Shown here piece after piece: positions 38,474-46,756 of a DNA stretch of 64,000 bases. Source of the stretch: Candidatus Desulfaltia sp. (GTDB lineage Bacteria; Desulfobacterota; Desulfobacteria; Desulfobacterales; ETH-SRB1); assembly GCA_030656555.1 (NCBI GenBank), contig JAUSPN010000040.1:70536-134535 (forward strand). The letters are read 5' to 3'. The notes below the pieces were generated by a model that searched no databases, was not told the origin of the DNA, and saw only the letters and a program-made list of their open reading frames with translations. Every line of letters begins with the position of its first letter. Within the stretch, counting starts at the first letter, position 1. Both the position numbers and the translations under genes were made by a program.

Positions 38474-39709
38474 TCATTTTTTTGAGTTTGTAAATTTCTG
38501 GATAAGGTTTTTTGATTCCGGTATCTTTTTTTTGTATTTGTTAAGCATGGTTATGGCTGTTTTGCTGAATTCAGGATGCGCTCCTGGACGCAGGCATTCT
38601 TTGACACAGTCGATTGCCACTTTTCTTGAGAGTTCCTGTTTTTTGTCTTTTGCCTGCCTGCGCAGTGATTTAATTTGCTTTTTTATTATCCTGGTTATGG
38701 TTTTAATAATGTCAGGTCTTAGATTTTTGCAGTTATTTGCCATAATAATAATGGATTTTACAAGATGTCCTTTTGGATTTTTAAACGTATATTGGTAGAA
38801 ATTCCTGGACGCAAAACCGATTGATTCATAAAACCGCTTTGCGCCTATCTCAGAATCCAGGAAAAATTCCTTTACATCTGTTATTTTGCATTTCCACAGC
38901 ATCCAGATACCTGCCACCAAAAAGGTCCCAATACCTTTTGGAACCGGCTGTGTTGACACTCCGCTTAATGTGGCGATATATTTAAGTTCCATGCCTTTGT
39001 AAAACATTTCTTTTCTGAATTTAACAAAGATGAACCCCACGATTTTTTGTTTAACAACGCACGCGAAAAGTTTCTTCTCTGTTCCCTGGACCAGGCAGTT
39101 CAAAAGAAATCTAACGTTGAAATATTCTAAATTAATGTCACCCGCCTGCATCAGACTGTCCATGCAAAAGGGAAACTGCACGAAAAGGGCCTGGGTGTCA
39201 ATGCCGACAAGACCCCGGTATAATACAGCAGGATCTGTAACCTCTTCAGGCAGTTTGAGGTTTTGGTTGTTTTTTTTGATTTTTTCGAGAAAGGATATAA
39301 GATGCTCATAGGACTCAATGTTGTCTTTCTTTAATTGTGCTATCAAACAATCGATTTCATAGACAACCATTAACCGGAGTCCGGCATCCCGAATCTCTAT
39401 GGCGGCCTGTATGTAATTCAGCGGACCCTGTCTGTTTAAAAGTTCCTGTTTTTTAGTAAGTTCACCATGTTTGATCAAAAGCTGCTGCTCAACAGGAGCG
39501 GTGCCGTAGTTAAAATATATAAATTTTCTTACAGGGATTTTTTGTTTATCAAAAAAAAAATAAAAATCTCCTCCTGGTTCTATTTCGCCGGGAGGGGAAG
39601 GCGTGTCAATGCGTCTGCCTCTAAACATCTCATTCAACGAGTACCCGATTTCAGGATCCCTTTTTGAGATGTTATCTATGGCCTGTTTTAAATTCTCTTT
39701 TTTAATCAT
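38474..39709 (-). CDS. Hypothetical protein with GNAT-like acetyltransferase C-terminal half
   Basis: The residue 210-330 region, IVGFIFVKF....LKYIATLSGVSTQPVPKGIGTFLV....GAKRFYESIGF, resembles GNAT motif A (R/Q-x-x-G-x-G/A) and the A..FYE..GF tail. I do not recognise the N-terminal 200 aa. Confidence 0.6.
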   Translation of the reverse strand: MIKKENLKQAIDNISKRDPEIGYSLNEMFRGRRIDTPSPPGEIEPGGDFYFFFDKQKIPVRKFIYFNYGTAPVEQQLLIKHGELTKKQELLNRQGPLNYIQAAIEIRDAGLRLMVVYEIDCLIAQLKKDNIESYEHLISFLEKIKKNNQNLKLPEEVTDPAVLYRGLVGIDTQALFVQFPFCMDSLMQAGDINLEYFNVRFLLNCLVQGTEKKLFACVVKQKIVGFIFVKFRKEMFYKGMELKYIATLSGVSTQPVPKGIGTFLVAGIWMLWKCKITDVKEFFLDSEIGAKRFYESIGFASRNFYQYTFKNPKGHLVKSIIIMANNCKNLRPDIIKTITRIIKKQIKSLRRQAKDKKQELSRKVAIDCVKECLRPGAHPEFSKTAITMLNKYKKKIPESKNLIQKFTNSKK

Positions 39710-39724
39710 TGGTAAGGACAGGGG

Positions 39725-41377
39725 TTATCCGAAAAAAAACGGGAGCTTGACAATAAAAGAAGCCCCTTTACCGAGCTCGCTCTCAACAGAGATGCTGCCG
39801 CCCAGTCTTTTTAAAATATTCAAACAGATGGAAAGTCCCAATCCGGTTCCCTGCGGCTTTGTTGTAAAGAGAGGGTCAAAGATATTTTTTAAGTTTTCCT
39901 CGGAAATGCCCTTGCCGTTGTCGGTAATAATTACAGTTACGCCGTCTTCCACAGAGCGGGTTATAAAAATGATTTCTCCATCTTGTTCAATGGCGGACAT
40001 TGCATTTAAAACCAGATTTTGAAAGAGGTGGCGCAGTTTTGAAGCATCACTTCTTACAGAAGGAAAATCATGTTGGAAATCTAATTTTACATTAATATTT
40101 TTAAAACTGAATTCTTCCTTTAAAATCTCTAATAAATCATTCAATATTCCATTAATATTCACTTCTGTAATTATTGGATCGCCGGGTTTTATAAAATTAA
40201 AGAATTTATCAATTGCTTTTTGGCCGCGCAGGGCCTCTGACTTGACCTGCTCTATATTTTTCTTTATATCATCCAAACGGTTTTCTCGGGTCAGTTCCCT
40301 GATCCATGCGGCAGCTACATCTATATTGGCCAGCGTATCTTTTATCTCGCGAAAGAAACCATAAGACAGCTCCATTGATGATGCCAGATAACTGGCACGG
40401 CGAAGCTGCTGATTCAGGACATGAATATTGCTTTTGTTATATTCCAGCATGGATACCAGGCGATTGGTTGTCAGAATGACCGTCCAAACAATCATGAAAG
40501 CTCCAAGAAGAAAAACAAGACCGCCTAACATATATATATGGTATAATTTTGAAAATATATCCCGGCGATTAATTTCAACCACATAAAGCCAGGGAACCTT
40601 TTCCAGCCATAGTGTCATACGGACTATTCCATCTTTTTCCTCCATCCTGATGCCTTTAAAATGCTCAAGCTGTTTAATATCCGACTGTTCCATCAGCTTT
40701 CCCGCCATTCGGGAACTGGTTTGAAAAATTCCGCTTTTGTTGACCAGATAAGAGTCTTGTTTCTTTTGACCCGAAAGTTCTGAAACAAGGTCATTAAAAT
40801 AGGCGGCATTTACAGTGGCGCGCAGTATCCATGGGCCATTGCCGGTTGTTTTTTTCACGGCAATAATAAAATGCGGCTCATTGCGGAAACCCGGAAACAC
40901 ATCGCTGATATATACATCATGCTTCATGGCCTGCTCGAACCACAATGCATTTTTATAGTTTTTTGAAATTAACTGATAAGGCCCGGCATAAGCCAGATGT
41001 CCGCCCTGGCCGTCAATAACACCCAAGTCAATAAAGGATGACAATTCCTGGTTTAGAGAATTATAAACGCTTTCAATAACACCGGGCTGAATCATTTGGC
41101 TAAGGCTCAAATTATTCGAAACCAGTTTAAGATCCATGGTTCGTTCAGCCAGAAACTGATCAATAGCTTTTTTGTGACTCAGAACTTCCGTGCGCAGGGA
41201 TGTCAGGGTGTTTTGTTTTAAAACAGAAGAAGCATAGTAATACATTCCGCCGCCTATAATAATGAGCGGTATTAAAGAAACCGCCAGCAGCGCTACTACA
41301 ATATTGTTCCTGATACGGCGGAAATAAGGGTAGTCTTGTTGCTGAAAATTACGAAATGTATTCAGAACTCCGGACAT
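39725..41377 (-). CDS. Cache-type sensor kinase paralog with degenerate H-box (phospho-acceptor His replaced by Arg)
   Basis: It shares YISDVFPGFRNEPHFIIAV with family 1. The HATPase N/G boxes are intact (NLVLNAMSA, DNGKGI, GTGLGLS). The H-box reads GFFREIKDT where paralogs have (I/F)AHEINNP. Confidence 0.85.
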   Translation of the reverse strand: MSGVLNTFRNFQQQDYPYFRRIRNNIVVALLAVSLIPLIIIGGGMYYYASSVLKQNTLTSLRTEVLSHKKAIDQFLAERTMDLKLVSNNLSLSQMIQPGVIESVYNSLNQELSSFIDLGVIDGQGGHLAYAGPYQLISKNYKNALWFEQAMKHDVYISDVFPGFRNEPHFIIAVKKTTGNGPWILRATVNAAYFNDLVSELSGQKKQDSYLVNKSGIFQTSSRMAGKLMEQSDIKQLEHFKGIRMEEKDGIVRMTLWLEKVPWLYVVEINRRDIFSKLYHIYMLGGLVFLLGAFMIVWTVILTTNRLVSMLEYNKSNIHVLNQQLRRASYLASSMELSYGFFREIKDTLANIDVAAAWIRELTRENRLDDIKKNIEQVKSEALRGQKAIDKFFNFIKPGDPIITEVNINGILNDLLEILKEEFSFKNINVKLDFQHDFPSVRSDASKLRHLFQNLVLNAMSAIEQDGEIIFITRSVEDGVTVIITDNGKGISEENLKNIFDPLFTTKPQGTGLGLSICLNILKRLGGSISVESELGKGASFIVKLPFFFG

Positions 41378-41403
41378 GACCTATAAGCTCTCCGTAAATG
41401 CTT

Positions 41404-41959
41404 GGTGCAATACAAAAAGTTGCATCATTGATGATAATATCTTTAGCTATTCAACATACTGATTTAATGTCGAATGTCGAACAGGAAATGTTAAATTATG
41501 AAGTTTTATTCTTGTTTTGTTTAGCAGTACCTACGCTTGTTACAAAAATCGAGATTAATTGATTATTTTCATCTATCAATACGTCAAGTTTTGACACTGG
41601 TTTTATCAATCCGGCCTTCACAATTATAAGCAGCCATATTCTGGTTTCCCTTAATTCTTTCAGCGCTAATCGCATCTTATGGATAAAATCAGCTCTTGAT
41701 TCAGCACTTTGTGCTTCACCATAATTTGGAGCTGGTGATGTCCCACTACGAATAAGCTGGCGGGAAATATGATTTCCAATTTTTGTTTTCGGTAATGACT
41801 CTGCTGTTCTGATAACACGTACAGCAAAATCGATCAGCCGTTCTTCAAGGTCAAATTCTCTGCATACCTTCGACATTCATTATTCCCTGTTCGACATTCG
41901 ATATTCAAAAAAGTTGCCCTTTTAATCTCTATACCTTATCACTTTTTTGTATTGCATCT
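41404..41959. mobile_element. Inverted-repeat cassette carrying a four-helix-bundle ORF, flanked by 10-bp direct repeats
   Basis: Direct repeat GTAAATGCTT at 41394-41403 and 41960-41969. Terminal inverted repeat TGCAATACAAAAAGT (41406-41420) / ACTTTTTTGTATTGCA (41941-41956). Inner inverted repeat AATGTCGAATGTCGAACAGG (41466-41485) / CCTGTTCGACATTCGATATT (41886-41905). Confidence 0.55.
41496..41876 (-). CDS. Four-helix-bundle protein (23S rRNA intervening-sequence protein / Avd-like family)
   Basis: 126 aa. Family-typical motifs are QLIRSGTSPAPNYGEAQSAESRADFIHKMRLALKELRET. Confidence 0.85.
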   Translation of the reverse strand: MSKVCREFDLEERLIDFAVRVIRTAESLPKTKIGNHISRQLIRSGTSPAPNYGEAQSAESRADFIHKMRLALKELRETRIWLLIIVKAGLIKPVSKLDVLIDENNQLISIFVTSVGTAKQNKNKTS

Positions 41960-42007
41960 GTAAATGCTTAAGTTTTATCGTATATTACTACCACTGATCC
42001 CTGTCCC

Positions 42008-42871
42008 TTACTCTGTTTCATGTTCAATATATTGAAAAATATCCTGTATTCTTATAATCCCGATTACCGTCTCATTTTTTACAACAGGCATTGTCCTGAA
42101 ATTATGGGTAATCATGCGGTGCGCTGCCTCTGTAAGGCGTTCATCGGGCCGGGCGGTTATTATTTCTGTTTGCATGACTTCAATTACGGTTTTATTGGAA
42201 AGCCAGTGGGGGCTTTTGCTGAGTTCCATCCACCTTAAAGAGAATTCAGGCTGCATTTTCTGTGCTTCATTTATCAGGTCCCGTTTGGTGATAAAGCCCT
42301 GAAGCCTGTCTTTATCATCTATAACAAACAGGGTTTCCGCCCCTGTTTCTCCTGTTTCCCTGTTAAACTTGTCCACTGCCTTTGCAAGTAAATCCTCTGG
42401 TCTGAGTTTTTTGAAATCATGGCACATGATTTCTTTAACCAGATTTCTGGGCCACAGCACTGGATTACGCTTGATTGCCTCTGCATCATTAGCCTCTCTT
42501 ATCTTTGCAGCCAAATCCTCTATGTTGCAGGGTTTCATCAGGTAATCATATGCCCCCTCTCGTATTGCCTGAATTCCGGTTTCCAGCGTGGCATGCCCTG
42601 TCAGTATAATAATTTCCGTGTCAGGAGCCAGCTCTTTAATTTTCCTGAGAGTTTCGATTCCGTCCATACCCGGCATTTTAATATCCAGAACCACCACGTC
42701 AAACTCATCTTCACGTTTAACCGCATCCAATGCATCAAACCCGTCAAATGCGGTAAACACTTCAAATTCTCTTATCCTTAATATCTTGGCCATGCTGAGC
42801 GTAAGCTGTTTTTCATCATCTACGATCAGGACGCGAATTTTTTTGTTCAAATCAAAAATCTCCAATACCAA
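42008..42871 (-). CDS. Response regulator with CBS-pair output domain (REC-CBS)
   Basis: The receiver has VLDIKMPGMDG and LMKPCNI, followed by two CBS motifs. The architecture matches 35731. Confidence 0.9.
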   Translation of the reverse strand: MVLEIFDLNKKIRVLIVDDEKQLTLSMAKILRIREFEVFTAFDGFDALDAVKREDEFDVVVLDIKMPGMDGIETLRKIKELAPDTEIIILTGHATLETGIQAIREGAYDYLMKPCNIEDLAAKIREANDAEAIKRNPVLWPRNLVKEIMCHDFKKLRPEDLLAKAVDKFNRETGETGAETLFVIDDKDRLQGFITKRDLINEAQKMQPEFSLRWMELSKSPHWLSNKTVIEVMQTEIITARPDERLTEAAHRMITHNFRTMPVVKNETVIGIIRIQDIFQYIEHETE

Positions 42872-43140
42872 CCGTCATTCCCGCGAATGCAGGGCACGTA
42901 GTGACACGCAGTGAAGCCAAAGCGCTAACCATTAGCGCTGTCCAGAGCTTTAAAGGTTCAGGATTCAGAGGTTCAATGTTTGCCGAAAACCTGTTTGCCG
43001 TAACTCCGGCACAGGCAGGTCTGAATCCCGCTCCAGCGGGAATTCGTGAGTTTTGAATAAAGAAGGCACAAAAGAATCAAACGATTTGAAAATGAAAATA
43101 TCGGCGCATAGCAGTTAGCCCTGCGCTCCAAGAAAAATAA

Positions 43141-43258
43141 CCCTGAACCTTTGAACCGTGAACCTGTGAACGGTTACGTAATAAGTAACCGTTCACGGTC
43201 GTCGGTTCATAGTTTTTTCAACCGTGAACCGATAACTGTAAACCGTGAACGGTTACTA
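43141..43258. repeat. GTGAACCG-word repeat array including an ORF-less miniature of the 49.9-kb four-helix-bundle cassette
   Basis: Perfect hairpin GTGAACGGTTAC-gtaataa-GTAACCGTTCAC (43166-43196). Blocks 43243-43256, 43213-43238 and 43185-43208 match, in inverted orientation and the same order, blocks 49864-49877, 49945-49971 and 50341-50364. Confidence 0.75.
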
Positions 43259-43282
43259 TAGTCTTTAGCGGGTTTTACCGCT

Positions 43283-44326
43283 TTATAATATATATATCAG
43301 GTATATGACGTAAAAAACATTTCCTATTAAGAGTATCCAGCACGATATCCCTTTCTTGATCAGATAATAGGTAAATATGATCCCGGCTGAACAGATGGCC
43401 AGGATGATGCTGATGGCAATATCCTTGGTCAGGACCCATGGTGTAAGAAAAAGTCCGATACAGACAGCGATCGAGGACTGGTAAACCATGGCGCCGGTGA
43501 TATTGCCAAGGGCCAGGGTATCTTTCTTTCTAAGCGTCCAGAATATGCTTGCCCCGCCCACCTCAGGCAGCTCGGTTGCAAGGGGCGCAACAATCAGGGA
43601 GAGAATAACGGCCGGAATGCCTAAAGCAATAGACAGATCGCCGAGTTTTCCCGCAAAAATAAAGATAATATACGCCATCATGACAAAACCGACAAGCAGT
43701 TGTAATATGGTGAGCCACAAAGGGGGTTCTTTGAACTTGAAGATCTTATTGAACCAGAGGCTTGCGTGTTCCTCCTCCTCTTCTTTTGCTTCTCCTCCTT
43801 CTGGTTCAGGCAGTGTTAATGTTTTCCACACATAAAAGGCATAGCCAAGCAAAAGGCCTATACCAAGAATGATGTTCAGCGTTCTGCTGTGGATCAGGCC
43901 CGCGATAATGGCAAGGGGATAAAAAGTGAAAAAGTATTTGAAGTTTCTGAGGATGCCCGGCTCTAACATGAGGTTAGGGCTTGTCCGGGACTTTGTAAAG
44001 ACTCCGATCGCGCCGGAAATGCCAACCACGCCGAGAGCTATGGTAGCAAGCATGAATGGAGCGCCCAGGATAGCTCCTATGCCGATCTCCTCTCCATGTC
44101 CCCCGCCGCCGCCAGCAGCACCGGAACCGACAAAGAGGATAGCTATCAGCGGCACCAGGGTTTCCGGTGTTGCGGTCCCGAATGAGGCCAGTATGCTGCC
44201 CGCTGCTGTGTCGCTCATGCCTATCTGACCCCCGAAATACTCAACTGCGTTAACAAAAACCAGGCAAAAACCCATAACCAGAAAACACAAAAAAACTACG
44301 TAAGTTAACAAAAGTCCAGTTCCCAT
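43283..44326 (-). CDS. Ca2+/cation antiporter (CaCA) family membrane protein (YrbG-like)
   Basis: ~10 TM helices with two alpha-repeat-like motifs (GSILASFGTATPE and GNITGAMVYQSS) and an acidic central loop (EEEEEH). Confidence 0.75.
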   Translation of the reverse strand: MGTGLLLTYVVFLCFLVMGFCLVFVNAVEYFGGQIGMSDTAAGSILASFGTATPETLVPLIAILFVGSGAAGGGGGHGEEIGIGAILGAPFMLATIALGVVGISGAIGVFTKSRTSPNLMLEPGILRNFKYFFTFYPLAIIAGLIHSRTLNIILGIGLLLGYAFYVWKTLTLPEPEGGEAKEEEEEHASLWFNKIFKFKEPPLWLTILQLLVGFVMMAYIIFIFAGKLGDLSIALGIPAVILSLIVAPLATELPEVGGASIFWTLRKKDTLALGNITGAMVYQSSIAVCIGLFLTPWVLTKDIAISIILAICSAGIIFTYYLIKKGISCWILLIGNVFYVIYLIYIL

Positions 44327-44588
44327 GATTCCCTCCGTATTCTGTCTTCCATTTATATTCTACAACTGTCAAAAATTGGTATATTCTTTAGTGGTCAAAA
44401 ATTAATTTTCTATATTAAAAACATTACTATTTGTCAAGAAGTTTCCTCGGCTTTATATGCGGCTTTAAAAGATCAAAAACCCCTTCCATGCTGGGTTCAT
44501 GCCGGTAAATACTTGACAGAAATTTTTTCAACTGATAGTTTTTGATAGTTTCTGAACCCTGAACCCTGAACCCTGAACGGAGACAGCC

Positions 44589-46721
44589 ATGGCTGTTGAT
44601 AAGACTTACAAAAGCAGAAGATGGGGCATTATTGTTGTGGTCATAGTTTCCATAGTTCCCATGGCAATTGCTTTGATTCTGGGGTTTTTGTCTATCAGGG
44701 ACATGAAAGGTGTGGTAGGCAGACAGTTTACCGAGGAACAACTGATCATTGCTCAGAATGTCTCCTATTTTATTGAAAGGCAAATCAACCTGTTAAAAGG
44801 AGAGATTATTCTTCTCAGCAAGAATGTTTCCGGAACATCCGGTGATAATCATGAATTTATCCGGAATGCAGCCATAGGTCTTTTTGATTCCGGTGTTTCA
44901 GAAATTGATGTTCTTAACCTGGATGAAAAGAATATCCATATATATAATTCTCATGGATATCGATCAGAAAAGCAGGCTATTGCTCCCGGGTGGTACAACG
45001 GACTTCATCCTGATAAAAGAAACGGCAGTGAAGTCATGGTTTCCATGCCACAGATCGAACCATCCGGCATAAGTGTAAAGCTGGCAAAATTTATGGATAC
45101 TGATTCCAGGAGACTGCTTGTTTTTACGGTCAATGTATCCGGGTTCGTCACACCCCTTTTGAAAAATATCCATCCCGGAGAAACAGGCTATGTGTGGATT
45201 ATTGACCAGAACGGAACTCTCCTTTTTCATCCTGAGCCTGAATCCGTGGGCAAAAATATTTTTGCGGAGCATGAAAACCAGGATATTTATGTTCCCCGTG
45301 AAAAGATCATTTTTGATCAAAGAAAAAAGATGTTAAACGGCCGGGAGGGCACAGGCTGGTATATTGCCGGCTGGCATCGTGGAGTTAGCGGAAAAACAAA
45401 GAAGCTGATAGCCTATTGCCCGATTGTTATATCCGGCAACCCGCCTCAAAACTGGTCAGCAGCCGTTGTAACACCCGCGTCTGAAATAGAAAAACCCATT
45501 CATTCCGGCTATTTGTGGCATTTCCTGTTACAGGTGGTAATGGTTGTTGTTGTTTTGTTGACCGCGGCGATCATGGTCATAATAGAAGTAAAACGGTCTC
45601 GTATCCTGCAGGAAAAGGTTGTCGTACAGAAACGCAAACTTACAATAACAGAAGAAAAATATCGTTTTCTGATTGAGAGCGCGGAAGACTTTATTTTTGC
45701 TGTTGATCAGGACGGCGTCTTTCAATCCATGAATAGCTTTACAGCCGGGTTTTTTGACGGTCAACCTGAAGATTTTGTCGGCAAAAACATCTCAGACCTG
45801 TTCCCCGCGAGAATCGCTGAAAAGCAGCTCGAACTGGTAAGGAAGGTTTATAAATTCGAAAAAAGCTTTAGCGGAGAGTTGGTGCTTAAAGAGAATGGCC
45901 GCCAGGCATGGATAAGCGCCGAGTTCATGCCTGTAAGAAACGAAGAGCGGGAAGTAACTTCAGTATTGTGCATCGGCAGAGATCTTACTGAAAAGAAAAA
46001 GATGGAGGCACAGCTTATCAATGCCGAAAAACTGGCTTCCGTAGGGACTCTCGCAGCGGGCGTGGCTCATGAAATTAATAACCCGATGGGGGTTATATTA
46101 GGCCTTTGCGATCTTTTGCTGGATAAAGCACCCCAAAAGAGTCAGTTGTATGAAGATATCAGGACAATACAGCGGCACAGCCTCCATTGCAAAGAAATCA
46201 TAGGGGATCTTTTAAGCTTTGCGCGCCCTGGTGGAGTGGAGCCGGGATATGCTGATTTAAATATCAGCCTTAAGGAAATAATCAGGGTGGTCGAGCCTGC
46301 ACTTAAGAAGCAAAATATCAATCTGATGCTGGATTTGGCCGAAGATATACCCCAGGTCAAGGGGAATTCACGCCAGTTGCAGCAGGTTTTCCTGAATTTA
46401 ATAAAAAACGGGGCTGGATCTATGATTGGCGGAGGCACGCTTACCATCCGTACAAGCATGGAAAACAGCAGACAAAACGCCGTCATTCAGTTCGAGGATA
46501 ATGGAGTTGGAATTAAAGAGGAACATATAAGCCATATATTTGAACCTTTTTTTACTACAAAGCCGGAAGGGGAAGGCACAGGTCTGGGTCTGTTCGTCAG
46601 CTATGGTATTGTTGCCGGGTATGGAGGGAGCCTGACATTTACCAGCCATGCTGCGGATTCCCATGGCAAAACAGGGACTACCTTTACCATAAAACTGCCT
46701 GTGAGGGTAGCTAATGGCTAA
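44589..46721 (+). CDS. Sensor histidine kinase (extracytoplasmic Cache-like + PAS + HisKA + HATPase; family 2)
   Basis: GYVWIIDQNGTLLFHP; PAS region [21 protein letters not shown]; H-box [11 protein letters not shown]; GTGLGLF. Confidence 0.9.
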   Translation: MAVDKTYKSRRWGIIVVVIVSIVPMAIALILGFLSIRDMKGVVGRQFTEEQLIIAQNVSYFIERQINLLKGEIILLSKNVSGTSGDNHEFIRNAAIGLFDSGVSEIDVLNLDEKNIHIYNSHGYRSEKQAIAPGWYNGLHPDKRNGSEVMVSMPQIEPSGISVKLAKFMDTDSRRLLVFTVNVSGFVTPLLKNIHPGETGYVWIIDQNGTLLFHPEPESVGKNIFAEHENQDIYVPREKIIFDQRKKMLNGREGTGWYIAGWHRGVSGKTKKLIAYCPIVISGNPPQNWSAAVVTPASEIEKPIHSGYLWHFLLQVVMVVVVLLTAAIMVIIEVKRSRILQEKVVVQKRKLTITEEKYRFLIESAEDFIFAVDQDGVFQSMNSFTAGFFDGQPEDFVGKNISDLFPARIAEKQLELVRKVYKFEKSFSGELVLKENGRQAWISAEFMPVRNEEREVTSVLCIGRDLTEKKKMEAQLINAEKLASVGTLAAGVAHEINNPMGVILGLCDLLLDKAPQKSQLYEDIRTIQRHSLHCKEIIGDLLSFARPGGVEPGYADLNISLKEIIRVVEPALKKQNINLMLDLAEDIPQVKGNSRQLQQVFLNLIKNGAGSMIGGGTLTIRTSMENSRQNAVIQFEDNGVGIKEEHISHIFEPFFTTKPEGEGTGLGLFVSYGIVAGYGGSLTFTSHAADSHGKTGTTFTIKLPVRVANG

Positions 46722-46756
46722 AAGCTAATTGCTCACGTCGAAATTCAGGAGAACCA

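Noticed and set aside
41496-41876. Four-helix-bundle ORFs as Avd components of a diversity-generating retroelement.
   Set aside because: The window contains no reverse transcriptase gene and no template/variable repeat pair. The family relationship to Avd alone does not support a DGR.
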